Shown: positions 51,171-64,000 of the stretch, one piece after another
Layout of the letters: each line of letters opens with the position of its first letter
Position numbering within the stretch: position 1 is the first letter of the stretch
Assembly (NCBI RefSeq): GCF_009834535.1
Contig: NC_045696.1
Coordinates: forward strand, 110,982,001-111,046,000
Origin: Camelus ferus
Lineage: Eukaryota
DNA: 64,000 nucleotides
Reading direction: 5' to 3'
The notes under the pieces: generated by a model
Told to the model about the DNA's origin: nothing
The model's database searches: none
The model's input: the letters and a program-made list of their open reading frames with translations, nothing else
Program-made: the position numbers and the translations under genes

Positions 51171-54100
51171 AGGTAAATTGTAGAGTATGAAACAAGTATA
51201 ACTGGACATTATTAATTTGCAGAGAGATGATTGTGAGATAAAAGATTGGAGAAAGACTGGCCAATACATACCTAAATATTTTCAAATTCTTCAGACTCGC
51301 TGCCTTGTGCTTTAGGGTCATCTGTACCATCTTGTTTTTAACCTGAATTGAACTCACTGACATTGAACATCTCAGTGTGTATCTAATTCCCCCCTGCTTT
51401 GTGGCCGATCACAACAACTTATATACAAACATCAAGCAGGTCAAGGAAAGGAGAAGGTAGGTCACAACATAACACATCTTCTCGTGGAAAATGCCATCTC
51501 CATGTCCATCTACTCAAGGTCCATCAACCTGATTATTCCTTTCTTGAACCCCAAATATAAATATGCTTTAAACAAAGATGAAGAGTAATCATAAGGAAAA
51601 AAAATTAACCCATTGGAAAGAGGGAAAAAAATGAAATACTCTATTGCAAAAAAAAAAAAAAATTAAAAGAAAAGAATAAAAATCCCATTATCTCATTATC
51701 TAAAAGCCTCTACCTCAAGCTTATAAATTTACTTTTTCTTTCAGAGGTATTAACCAGCTTTGAATTATCTCAGGGTTCATCCATCAGAGAAAACAATCTA
51801 TAGTTTTAAGGTAAAGAGTAATCCAGAGCTCATAAGACTATTGTCTATGTGAGAGAACACTTTATGTTTATCAGACAAATCCAGACCATTTGTAGATGTG
51901 TATTCTAATTGTTAATAATAATTACACATTTTTTGCCTGTGTGTACCAGACATTGCTTGTGTATATAATACCACAAAACAGATTACATCAATAAACATTT
52001 GTTCTATCAACTGGTTGTTTTGTCTATATATTGGCCAGCTCACTGGGAAAATTGTTGAGGAAACAATACAAGGACAGAGTAACTCACATCATGCAGACAT
52101 ACTGGACACGTTCATAAAGGTATTAAAGAATAACCTCATACAAATCACTTACACTTTTTAATTTTCATTTCATCTGATAAATGAGAGTCATAATAACTGG
52201 ACAGCAGATGAATACATGTAGTTTATCAGGTGTTGAGACATCAATGGGACAGGATCTTTATCACAGGTATAAGGATTAAATGAGGTTCTATTTCAAAACA
52301 GCTAGCTCTGTGGCCCCATACTAACTATATACGATAATTCTATTTTCTGCCATGAAACACACTCAGCTGAAGTACATTTCCCCTCAAAATAACCATAGTC
52401 ATTGGGTATCAATTGTATGGAACCATTTTGTTTTGGTAATAAATGGGCCAGGTCTTTTGCAAAATCGACAAACTGTGTTATGGGTAAGTACACAGCTAGC
52501 TTCCTGACTTTGAAGGCTAGACCAGAAGCCACCGAGGTCACGGCTACCACAGCTGGGGGATACATGCAAAAAGAATACGCTAGGAAAAACGCTCATTCTT
52601 TATTGCTTCAGCCCCAGTCTTCATCTGCTCTGCTCTGAGCTTGACGATGGCAAAATTCAAAACCTTCTGTTTGGTACCAGAAGTCCTGTGTCACTTTTTT
52701 GTGGCATATTCACGGGTTTTTGGTTTATTTTATTTTTGGCCCATGGGGAGCAGGAGGTGGGCTGCTACATCTGCCACTGGCAGTCTCCCTCCAGCAGGCC
52801 TCATAAAAGGGGGGAAAGAGTAGAGAAATCAAATAGTTCCAAGAAATGACAATTGTGGTTTGTTCTATTTAGAATCTCTTTATTTCCCCCATACATAAAA
52901 AACAAACGTCACCAACATATTCCACTCTGTTTTCAAGATGACCTCATTTTGTGACCTTGAGACTAGATTTTGTCCTGATCTCTTAATAGTTTCCTTTCCT
53001 TGAGAGCAAAGTATGTCCATGCTAGGGGAGCAAGAAATAGCAGAGGGTTTTAACGCCTTATAGAGGATAAGGACTTTTTCTTTGGAAAATGAAGCCCCAC
53101 ATACATAAAAAGATGACTGAAATAAAAGCAAACTGAAATTTCATTTTGGTTTTGACATGGTCTACACAGATTTCATGACTACCGATGTCCCAGGCAATGA
53201 GTGGGAAAGTACATAAATATTATGCTGCAAAACTGGGAGCTCTTCTGGGGTCAAGCTGTGAGCACGTGGGTAATAGCATTTTCTGTGCCTGGAAGCATGT
53301 GCACACATTGTGTGTGGCAGGAGAAAAGGGGGCTGCTGGGAGGGGTCTCATTTGCAGGCCAGGCTGTGTGGGAAGAACATTTTGAGGAAATTCCCACAAC
53401 ATTCATCAGCTGCAGAACATTCTGTGTATTCATGAAGGGCCAAATTTACACTCTGTTAAAGTAAACTTAGAATCAACCAGAGTTTTCAAATGAAGTTCCC
53501 TCCCACATCAACAGTCTATAAATCTAAGCCAATCTAAGTGCAAAGAAGGAGGAAAGTGTTTTAACAGGTAATACCCAAATAAATCAAGCCTGGAAGTCAT
53601 TGTAACCTGGGCATTAAACAAGAAAGATGCATGGTAAGTAACCAGAAAATGCATTTGCTTTTGTTTCCCACTCTCCCTTTAAAATGTATTTAGTGGGGAT
53701 GATCCTTCCCCTGCTCCTGGATGGAGACATAGAAAAAAACTTCAGGATTTTCCAGTCACTCTTGGATACCAGAATGTCTCATAGTCACTTTAAATGACAA
53801 CTGTGATCTTATGTTAGCAACTGAAGACAATCTGTTCCAAACAAAGCATGGAACTTGATCCTTAGATTGTCTACCACCCCCCACCAACCCCGGGACTGAA
53901 GCAGATGGTCCTTTTCTCTTTCTAGCTTCACCTTCTCCACCATTTGCTAGCGACTGACTCTGAACCTGCCAATAGCCAGGGTAGGAGGAGGGTGAAGGGG
54001 GAGAGTTGAGGGGAAGAATGTTCTCACCCAATTGTCAACGTCTAAAGTCAGCCTTGTGCTCCCTGGCCTTGGATGAAAACCTCAGCTGACTCCTTGCTGG

Positions 54101-54319
54101 TGCGTGGTGGAATCTCAGGAACATGCTTGCAGGGACTCTCTGATAATGCCCCTCTCAGTGCGGCTGGCCTCTCCTGCTGGCCACGCCTCCCCTCCCTGCA
54201 GGTTTGCAACCTTGTCAGACAGGCTTTTTCCTATGGGTAATATGCATTTAATGTTTCCCATGTCTTCTCATTGCTTGATAACTCATTTCTTTTTAGCACT
54301 GTCTCTATGTACCAAGTTT

Positions 54320-54750
54320 ATTTTCTACAGAAGCTGACAACCTGACTCTAAAATTCATATTTATATTCATATGAAATTTATATTCAAATATGCAAAGGAC
54401 CTAGAATACGCAAAATAAAGTTGATGGGCTAACAATACCTAATTTCAAAACTTACTATAAAGCTAAAAGAATGAAGACAGTATGTTATACAGTTAGACAA
54501 ACAGATCATAAGAACAGTTTTGAGAGTTCAGAAGTAGACACACATGTTTATAGAACTGATTTTCAACAAATGTGCAAAGGCAAATCAGTGAAGAAGTGAT
54601 AATCTCTTTAACATATATTTCTGGAATAATTATATACCCATAAACAAAAGAAAAGAAGAAAGGAAGGAAGGAAGGAAAGTTAGTTCCATTCATACTTTGC
54701 TCCATATACAAAGGTTAAGTTAAAGTGGATTGTAAACCTAAGTGTAAAAC
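54320..54750 (+). mobile_element. Old LINE-1 ORF2 fragment
   Basis: 'ctgactctaaaattcatat...gcaaaggacctagaata...atttcaaaacttactataaagcta...actgattttcaacaaatgtgcaaaggcaa'. Confidence 0.8.
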
Positions 54751-55122
54751 TTTTTTTTCAGATCAATTATAGTTGATTTACAATATTGTGTTAGTTTCAG
54801 CTGCACAACACAGTGATTGACATCGACCTCTCTCTCTATATATATATATACACATACATATATATAAATATTCCTTTTCATATTCTTTTCCATTATAGAT
54901 TTTTACAAGATATTGAATATAGTTCCATGGGCTGTATAGTAAATCCTTGTTGTTATCTATTATACATATAGTAGTATATATCTGTTGATCACATACTTTT
55001 AATTTATTCTTCCCTTCTTTCCTCTTTGGTACCCAGAAGTTTGTTTTCTGTCTGTGAGTCTGTTTCTGATTTGTAAATAAGACCATTTGTATTATTTTTT
55101 AGATTCCACCTATAAATGGTAT
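54751..55122 (-). mobile_element. Artiodactyl-type L1 3' end
   Basis: 'tatagttgatttacaatattgtgttagtttcag...acaagatattgaatatagttcc...aagtttgttttctgtctgtgagtctgtttctg...ttttagattccac'. Confidence 0.88.
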
Positions 55123-55914
55123 GTACTGGACTGAGTGAATTCCATCTTTGTTTACCAGACTGTGAAATTTTGGATTCTGAGTTAATTTCTAGATACTTTG
55201 TACTGTATGGAATGACTACAGCCCCGCAACTAGGTTTAATTAGTAAAAATTGATCCCAACATCTGTCCAATTATGGATCGATATTCTTGGTTTCAGAACC
55301 TTTTTTTGGTGTATATTTCAACAGGCAGGTACAAGAGGGTGAGTGAGGCTCTGCTATCTAGGTCTACAAACCCTCAAACTACTTTTAAAGCATTTATCCT
55401 TTTTTTCTTTTCCTGTCCTTTAAATGTCATGTTATTCACAGAATGATTGAAAACAGCTTTAGTTGTTTTTCAAATGCTGCCAGAGATATTAATGTAAAGG
55501 TCCCCTGATGAAGTTGTTTAAAAAAATGTATTTTTTCTTAATATTCTCATAATTGGTTGGAATTCTCACTGTGGCAACCCAGAGCTGGTGAGTGGATATG
55601 TATTTTCTCTGAAATTAAAGTTACAATAAAGGCGCAGGCTTCCAATTTTGTTGTCAGGTTTCATTATTATGACTTGTGACAAGTCAGGGTAGACTTTCAG
55701 ACTTGTGAAAAGCTATGTCTGGCTTGCTTCCCACAGTTGTGCCACACACATGCTTAAAATAAAGCCACCATCATCCTCAGTACACCCTCCCTAATTCTCC
55801 CTTCTGAGGACATCTGAAGGTATGTCCACGCTGAATGATCATATCACCCCTAAGACTTGAAATCTCATAGTTTTTAGTGGTACTTCATAAGCGTTCATAA
55901 GACTTCAAGATTCC

Positions 55915-56670
55915 CTGACTCATTCATTCAGCTAACATTCCCTGACTGACTACCTACTGCATTCCAAGTAAAAATCTCACGGCAGTGGAATCAGTGATGA
56001 AAAAGTCTAACATAGTCACGGCTTTCAAGGAGCTCACATTCAGTTGAGGGACACAGGCAATAAAATGTAAACAAATAAAGTAATTTCACAAATTTTAAGT
56101 GTGAGAGTGTTGGAATGATGAAAGAAGGGTGGCACCATTAGATGAGGTGGCCATTGGAGGCGTCTCTCAAGGAGATGGACTTCGGCTGAGGCCTGGATTA
56201 TGGGAAAAAGCCACTCAACACAAATAGGAGAAGATTTCCAGGCAGAGGAAATAGTAGTGCAAATGTCCTAAGGCAAGTGCAACCTGTGCATATTCAAGAA
56301 ACAGAAAGATAGAAGCATCAAGGGGGAGGGAAGCCCCAGGAGTGGATAAAACTTGGGGAGGTTGGGGAGGTCAGAAGTCAGAGCATGGAGGATCTTTAGT
56401 CTATGACAGGGATTTAGAATTTCAAGTGTGATCACTAACTGTTTGAGGATTTCAAAGGGAAAGGTGTCATGATCTGATTTACAGAAAAAAAAATCACTTT
56501 AGCAGCTCTATGGGAAAGGGATTAAAAGGGGAAGGGGAGTGGAATTTGGAAGAAGCAGTTCAGGAACCAGTGCAGAGCTCCAGCGCTGGCTTATATGGTG
56601 CAGGGAAAGGGAGACAGGACAGATGAAAAATACATTTTGGAGGTAGAGCTGTCAGCATCTGGTATCCAGG
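55915..56670 (-). mobile_element. LINE-2 fragment
   Basis: Starts with the 'tcattcattca' tail; 'ttcaaggagctcacatt', 'ttccaggcagaggaaatagtagtgcaaatgtcctaaggc', 'catgatctgattt', 'attttggaggtagag'. Confidence 0.8.
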
Positions 56671-56859
56671 GATCTGTTATTAGCAGAGAATAATAATCAA
56701 CTTTTTATTTTTTCAAACAATATTAAAAAAAATTGGGGAAGATATTGGCCTGTTTTCCTCACCAATTTGTTATATTTTCTGTTTCAATCCACAGAATGTC
56801 ATTTTTAAATAATTCTTCATTAATTTTCTTAATATGTACATATATATTATTATTTCATT

Positions 56860-57020
56860 TGATCCTTATCCTAACCCTGGGAGACAAGCAATGCAGATTT
56901 CCTTATTCCAGTTTTTATAGAAAAACTAAGATTCAGATAGGACGAGGTGACTCACCCAAGACTGCCTACCCAGTAAGGCTTTAAATTGGGATTCATCGGT
57001 CAATCTGTCAGATTTATTTT
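56860..57020 (-). mobile_element. MIR
   Basis: 'gaaaaactaagattcagatagg...gtgactcacccaaga...tgggattca'. Confidence 0.6.
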
Positions 57021-57829
57021 CCTGCAGCACAGCCCAATTAAGCATGAGAGAGACTGATCAAATCAAAAGGGTCTCCATCTTGCCCTTTCATTTGCAGCCA
57101 TTTAGAAGTGCAACCCCCCCCCCCCCGACAGCTCCATGCCCATTGGAAAGGTTCTGTGGAGGTAGGCGGAAGAAATACGTTTTTCTCTTCTAGTTTTATG
57201 TGTCAGAGCTGCAAACACACTGAGATGGAGCATTTTCCCCATTACTTGATTCTATAATGCCATGGCCAGGAACTCTCTCTTTAATTCATTGCTTTAGGCA
57301 GAGGTTTACAGAAACTAGGAATCCACAAAAGAATGAACAATCAGGAAAAACCTTTGGAGTAGTCAGAATACTCAGTAGAGAAAATCAAGGGTAATCAGTG
57401 CCTAGACAAAAGCCATGATGTGCTCAAGAGACCAGAGTTATGAGAAGAAAATTAAAATAACAAAATTGATAATCACTTTATCAGTCAAGGTTGAAAGACG
57501 TTACATTTCATGAGTAAAACTTGATTATCACTGAATACAGCTCACCTATTCTCCGATAATCTGGTGCATAAAATCTCTAATTTCCCGTAAATATGAATGA
57601 TTTTATGATCATCTCTTATTTTGCTGAGGGAACAACTGAGTATTTCTTACCAGAAAGTATGCTAGATACGATTAGGTGAGTTTAAAATTTCATAACTCAT
57701 ATAATGTTCTGACAAATTCTTATTTGTTTTATTTTTTTATTCATCCCACAAACATTTAGTACCTTCTATACACTAGGCACAGAGCCAAGTTATACGTGTT
57801 CTACTCTCGATCTCTTTCCTCTCCAAAGT

Positions 57830-58180
57830 TGCTGGCCGTCCTGCTGTTCCTTGAACATGTCTCAGAGCCTTTGCCTTAGCATATGCTGTCTCCCCACCTG
57901 AACCCTCTTTCCTTAGAATTTCACTTGACTCTCTCCCTCACCCACTCCTGGTGTCCCTTAAATATCACCTTCCCAATGAGAGCTTTTCTAACGATCCTAT
58001 CTGAAATCCCACCCCTACCCCCCATGACCACAACACATAAACGTTTTATGTCCTCCTTTGTCTTCCCCAAAGTATAAACTTTATAAGGGCAGGAATTTTA
58101 GTGTAGATTGTACCTTCAGGACCTAGGACAGTGCTGGGCACACAGCAGGCAATAATGTATTTTGAGCAGATGAATGAATG
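57830..58180 (+). mobile_element. LINE-2 3' fragment
   Basis: 'ctgctgttccttgaaca...ctcagagcctttgc...aaatatcaccttc...agggcagg...cctaggacagtgctgggcacacagcaggc...tgaatgaatg'. Confidence 0.75.
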
Positions 58181-59369
58181 GAGCTAGTCTTGCATCAGGA
58201 AGCTTGCAGTCTAAACGGGAAATTTCAGCACAATGTGATCAGTGCCATGGGAAGGTCAGCACAGGGTGTAATAAAGCACAGAGGACGAGCGCGTAACTCA
58301 CAGTGGCAGTAGCGTTATTAGGGAAGACGGCTGGGAGGAGATGTTGCAAGCTGATATCCAAATCTTGACTAGGTAAAAGAAGGATACTGGCTAAACTGTG
58401 AAATTTTGACTTAGATTTGACCATGGCCATGATGGAAGGTATCACTGCTCATCTGTATACATAGCTAGAGCAATAGCTTTGACAACTACACATCTAAAAA
58501 TAAAAATAAATAACGAAAACTCACCTTTTGAGGTATCATGAAAGACATCATCACATTCAAATCCCTTGAATTGTGATATTTACACAGATATGATACTGAC
58601 ATGAACTCATCTCTGGGGTGTTAGCTTATCAACTTGGTTTACTTGGTTTAAAGTTGCAAGTTTATCACTCAAGAAGGTTTTATTTCTCTCTGGCACACTG
58701 TAACTTAGGTTATCTGGAACCCTACATGGGTGATCAGAAGCATGTGCTAGAAGTTGAGATTTAAAGCAAAACCATAGATTTCCTAAAACATCCTGTTTTA
58801 AAACACTTACTAATAACTATTTATTATTAAACCACAAGTGACAACACTGAAAGGATGAATATATTGTAAAAGTGGTACGCATTTAGAGTAATAACTGTAA
58901 AGAAACCAAAGATTAGGTAGCACAAAGATACATTATTTATTGTTACTGGATTCTTCACTTTATTTTGCACGTAAGAGGGAAAACGCTGGTTCCACTCTCA
59001 CTGAATTGCCCTAGCAACCTCTACTTCTTCTCAAACATTGTCTTGCAGAGTTGGCAGCTATAAATCCAAATTTATATACAAAGAGGACAGCATTTCAATG
59101 GAAAACACAACAAAATTATAAGCATGCCTTTAACATTTTAAGTTACAAGACTTACATTTTGCTTTTGATCCTCTGACATTCAAATGATATATTTTTTAGA
59201 ACAGTGGCTTTCAACTCTTTTTGTATTTTTAAATTACCTGAGACACTTAAAAAAATATAAATGTGCGGGTTCTTCCCCCAGAGACTTTTTATTAGTTTAT
59301 CTGGATGTGGCCTGATTCCATTTTGATTTCTTTGACATGATCAACCATCATTAATATAATATAGTGAAG

Positions 59370-59590
59370 CTGGAGTGAGTGGTGCATCTAAGATGGAGCT
59401 CTAAGCACTTAACTTTCATTGCAGACACTGCCACCTTCTATCATATGACCCAATGTATGTCTCTTAGCATCTCTGTGTCTACTTTTCTCACCTTAAAAAT
59501 GAGAATACCAATATCTACTTGTTCTTTGAGTGTAAGTTTGTTTGTTGGAATCAAAAAAATAACAGCTTTTAAAATACTTTGAAAGGACAT
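59370..59590 (+). mobile_element. MIR
   Basis: 'catctctgtgtctacttttctcaccttaaaaatgagaataccaatatctac'. Confidence 0.55.
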
Positions 59591-60259
59591 TTTAAAATGT
59601 AATACATGTACTATTTGAGAATATGTGTGGAAATTCAGATATTTTAAAAAATGTACTGGGGTGGCTACTAGTTATTTTTAACCTCCATCATCTATTTCAT
59701 CTTGGGATTACAATCAGGGTGTCAGATCTCATTCCCACATGTGACCCAAACCAGGCCAGTCAAAGGGTCCTTTCCTAGAAAAACCAGAGAGTTTTTTCTG
59801 TGGTTGGGTTTGCATTCAGCCCTAGTTGTGGAACCTAGATCTGTCTGCTCTGAGGTCCTTATCATGGTCTTGCTCCCTAGTCTGCAGAGATACCTCAGTG
59901 CTTCCAAATTTCCTGGCTTCATTCTCCACTAGGCAGTTGCAACTACTCCCCTTTACCCTAAACTGAAATGATTCAGCTTTGATCTTTAACAAACAGCTCA
60001 TTTCCTTGACATTTTTTCAGAGATCCATGATCCCTGCAGACTCGAGCAGACTGAGAAGGATGGGGGGATGTCTCCGCTACCAGCCTTCACACCTGCTGGC
60101 TGACCTGTCTTCATTTTCCATGGGTTTCTCGGAGCAAGTGGCTCTGGGCCCTTCTTAAAAATACCCAGCTAGAGAGATAAGGAGCTCTTGGAAGCAGAGG
60201 TCAGGAGAAACCAGGACTTTTCTTGGTATGTTAGGTATTCAATCAAGTAAGGAAGACTG

Positions 60260-60450
60260 TGGAGGTGACAGAGCAACCAGTGGGCTCCTGGTTCCAGCCC
60301 TAGACCATCACTGTGTGACCTTAGACAAGTAACTTAACCCTTCTGGGTTCCCACTCCAATATTTTTCAGTGGAACTCATAAGCTTATTATATTAAAGAAA
60401 TAAGAATGCTATAAGTTAAGTACTTTATAGATATCAGAAAATGTTAAATG
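60260..60450 (+). mobile_element. MIR
   Basis: 'cctggttccagccctaga...tgtgtgaccttagacaagtaacttaacccttctggg'. Confidence 0.65.
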
Positions 60451-60507
60451 TTGAATAATGATGCTGATGATAAGAAAGAAGAAACTGGGCTGCATACTTA
60501 ATTTGAA

Positions 60508-60534
60508 TTTTTTTTTTTTTTTTTTTTTTTTTTT
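60508..60534 (+). repeat. Poly(T) tract (T27)
   Basis: Homopolymer read directly. Confidence 0.95.
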
Positions 60535-60602
60535 GCTTTGCTTTGTTTTGTTTTGATTCCAGTAGCTACTTCAGGTAGCCTGGAAGCAAATGCTTTTTCA
60601 AA

Positions 60603-60744
60603 ACTGTTGAATAGAAGTGGTGATAGTGGGCAGCCTTGTCTTGTCCCAGATTTTAGTGGGAAGCTTTTGAGTTTTTCACCGTTGAGTACTATGCTGGCTG
60701 TTGGTTTGTCATATGTAGCTTTTATTATGTTGAGATATGTGCAC
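60603..60744 (-). mobile_element. Internal LINE-1 ORF2 (RT) fragment without 3'UTR or tail, flanked by 13-bp direct repeats
   Basis: Translates to [45 protein letters not shown] (RT QG motif); ATGCTTTTTCAAA at 60590-60602 and 60745-60757. Confidence 0.9.
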
Positions 60745-63700
60745 ATGCTTTTTCAAATCAATGTTCAGTGCTCACACCCACTTCAAGAGATAGGACACCA
60801 AACTTTGTATCACTAAAAACTTTCCTATTTTATGAGGATCTTCCCATTTTATGGTTCTTCTAAGAAAGGGGATTTGCTTTGTGCCAAAGAGGATTTACAG
60901 TTTACAGGCTGTGGCCATGTTGCTTGAGAAAACAGTTCTTTTTTCTCACAGTCTGTTGTGCATGTGTGTATACATGCATGCACACACACACACACACACC
61001 CCTGGGTTAATCCATGTTCAATCTATCTCCAGTACAAAATGCAGAAAACTTCAGCACCTCCTATGCAAAAATTGCCCATTGTTCTCCATCATAACGCATC
61101 ATTGTGAACTGGTTCTTAAAGAAAAGCTTTGATTTAACAGCTGCGGAGCTATGATTGAAGACTGGTAAAAGGATATGTCCTCAATTTTTAACTCCCACAA
61201 GTCACAGCATAGTTTTTGTTGATTCTGATTCCAACCTGGAAAGAATACATGTGCTGAAAAAAAATCTATCTGAATTTATTAACAAGAATGTGTGGTGGGG
61301 TTATTGGTGACTAATTCTCTCCACCTCTAATATTTCCCTGAGTCAAACATGTATTGATTCCGGCTGCTGTTTGACAAGATGGTGTTCCAGTCACAGAACA
61401 GACATTGTTAGGAGTATGGGGTATTTAGAGAAAGTGCCCAGAGGGTCCTGTTGTCTGAAGTTATAATTGGAGGATAAAGTAGGGTAGTCAGGGATTTTGG
61501 ACATACATATTTTTCTTACAACAAAGTTCGTATCTGAATGGCTCTGGGGAAGGAAAAGGAACTTAGGAATTGAATATGAGGGATTGTTTAATTTACCCAA
61601 CATTATAAAAAAGGCTGAGAGTCCAGGAAGGCACAAAACAGGAGGGTCTGGAGTCTCAGATTGACCTTCCTTGTGTGTCGTCTATGACCTTATGTTGACA
61701 TAATGGCTAATGTTCCTAACAGATGAGCTTGGCTTCTATTAGCTTTGAGGCCTTACGTAAGTTACTTTATCAGTTTGAAACTTTAATTTTAAAGGTGAGG
61801 TTATAGCACCTAAAAGGCAAGCACATTTTATGTGAGAGTAAACTTCATAAAGTTTATATTAATTTAAAATGCACAAAATCCGAGACTAATATTGAAAAGT
61901 GAGGCATGTATTAATTTAGCCTGGAGCCAGGCTCCCTGAGCTTAAATTCTACTGCTATTTACATTTTCCTTATCTGCAAAATGGGGGTAATAATGGTCAC
62001 AGCACATACTTTTTTTTTTGTGAAAAATAAAGAGGATGACACCCATGTAGTGCTTAGTTCATATTCAATAACTATAAGCTTTCCCTCTAACAATTAGTAT
62101 TGTCTAGCGAAGGTGGCACATCCACATGCAACCAAAGCATGAATATTATTTAAGAATCTCTAGGCTTTTCATTTAAATTAAACAATTCTTTGTACTGTTA
62201 AAAATTAAGAGACATTTGCTATATTTGAAATTTTGTGAAGAAAGTGAGATAATTAAATTCTGCATGATTCCAATTTGTATACAATGTGACTAGCCCTGGA
62301 TCTCATTGGGTTGTCACAAACAATAAATATGTCAATGTCCACAAGTCTCACACAGCCCAGGGCCCGAGGTTAATAATAACCATCTCCATGTAGTGGGATT
62401 GGGCACTTGGGACAGAAGGAAAAATCACTGTTTCTCCAGTATATCTTGCAACAATTAACCTAATAAATTGAGTAGCTTTTTCTGTTCCAGCCTAGAATTG
62501 GTTTGTTTAGGAGCATAAGGGAGGGAGTTGGTGATTGTTGCCTACCCATCCCCATGTCAGGAGAGGTTTCAGAAAACTAAAATTCCGCTGAGGGACAGCT
62601 GCTGTCTGAGATGCTTTCTCGTCTTCATAACTTGGACAAAAACCGTGTGAAATTTTAGGTCTTAGAGAAAAATGTCTCAGTACATGCGAAGCTGATTAAA
62701 AAGTCCTCACAACCCCTTTTAATACCACACTGCCCCTGGCCATGGTATCAGTTTTTAGAGTGAAAGTTGATTTATTCCCTGTGGAAAAAAATCTATCAAA
62801 AGTCTATGTAGGAGTCCAAAAGGAGCCCTGCCTGTCTCCCCAGAGTCAGATTCTTTTTATCTTTCTATGTATCTATGTATGTGTGTATCTATGTATTTTT
62901 TCTTTATTTATCCATTTATTCACCAAACTTACATTAAGGCTTTACCATATGTGAATTGGCAACGATATGGACAGAATGCTGGAAAGGACCTGGGTGAGTT
63001 TTCTTTGGATCAGAACATCTGAACAGGCTGCTGCCTAAACATGACTAGTTTTGTTCTCTGAGTGGGGAAAATAAGGAGTCAGTTAACTCTAAGAAACTTC
63101 GCCTTGATGTTAAGCATCTTGCTTCTGCAACCATACCTTGAACAATAAGCATCGTTATCTAGTTAACTTCCCTTTCTGAAGCACAATCACCTTTCCAATA
63201 GTTTCTGACTTATTGATAAGTAGGAGCATCTTGTTTAAGGACAGCCTGAGGCATGGGATCCAATGGCAGCATATAAACACCTATATGGTTTTTGTTTGAA
63301 TAGCTCTCTTGTATAACTTTGAGACCTGTCTGAAAATGCTGACTTCCTCTCAATCTGGAGACAAGACACTGTGTTTGATTTCTAGGACACAAGTTTTCTT
63401 TTTCCCTCCCTCTGTTGTCATAGGGACCTTAAAAGACATTTTTCAGACCAAAGGATATAAAAAAACACAACCTTGCAAATGAATTTCTGGTGCCCTGTTT
63501 CATTAATACCTTTCAGTGAGAGCAGAAAGGAGTGGTGTCAGAGTGTAATTTCACTTATAAAGCCAAGCAGAAAATGAATTTCTCACCGTGGGAGTCTGTA
63601 TTAGTATGCATGACTGTGTGGAGGCCAGTTTCTGAAATCACAGGAGCCAGTTCAAGGGAGCATTAAATTACCACAAAAAGGAAAACAATGTGCATCAATA

Positions 63701-64000
63701 AACAGTAGTGGGGGAGGCTATCCCATGACATCTAACCTTTTAAAAAGTTGTTTTTTTTTTTTTTTTATAAAAGATAATTTTAAAGCTATTACAAGGCTAC
63801 ACTAATCTTAACTTCCTGGATCACCATTAGGATCCAATTCGTAATCGTTCAAGGTTTTAAAAAAATATGTGAGAACATTCCTGTTAGAGATAGGAAGGCG
63901 ATGGATAATGACTGAAAATTAATACATACTCCAGGTCCCACAAGATCTACTAAAGGCAAGGCAGATCCCTACCTGAGGTTCTCTTACAGCATGAAGAAGT

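Noticed and set aside
63210..63335. Minus-strand acceptor plus ORF end (LKVIQESYSNKNHIG…APTYQ*) as a terminal coding exon
   Set aside because: The peptide is not recognised and the acceptor is weak; unsupported without a homology search.
1..64000. The many 60-135 aa ORFs in the supplied track as host genes
   Set aside because: They are short, overlap in all frames, often lie inside repeats and have no recognisable domains. Only the L1 ORF2 pieces show homology.

Overview
This is mammalian (eutherian) genomic DNA: AT-rich, CpG-poor and dominated by transposon relics, so probably intergenic or deep-intronic. I could not support any host protein-coding exon, RNA gene or CpG island. The only ORFs with recognisable homology are LINE-1 ORF2 fragments. 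Ancient eutherian repeats are present (MIR, L2, MLT1, MER5, LTR16/33, L1MC/MD). There are also many short young L1 3' ends of artiodactyl type and several ERV1 solo LTRs, but no Bov-tA/BovB, PRE-1 or CHR SINEs, which suggests a camelid genome (inference). I found no new biological system. The best-supported oddities are mechanistic retro-insertion structures: a 52-bp mini-LTR with intact termini and a 4-bp TSD, a tail-less internal L1 RT fragment between 13-bp direct repeats, a twin-primed inverted L1 with a 16-bp TSD, a 44-bp segment shared between an LTR and nearby DNA, and a cluster of four ERV1 LTRs (two MER41-like) in under 4 kb. Repeat family names come from recalled consensus sequences, not a database search. 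Boundaries without a TSD are approximate.
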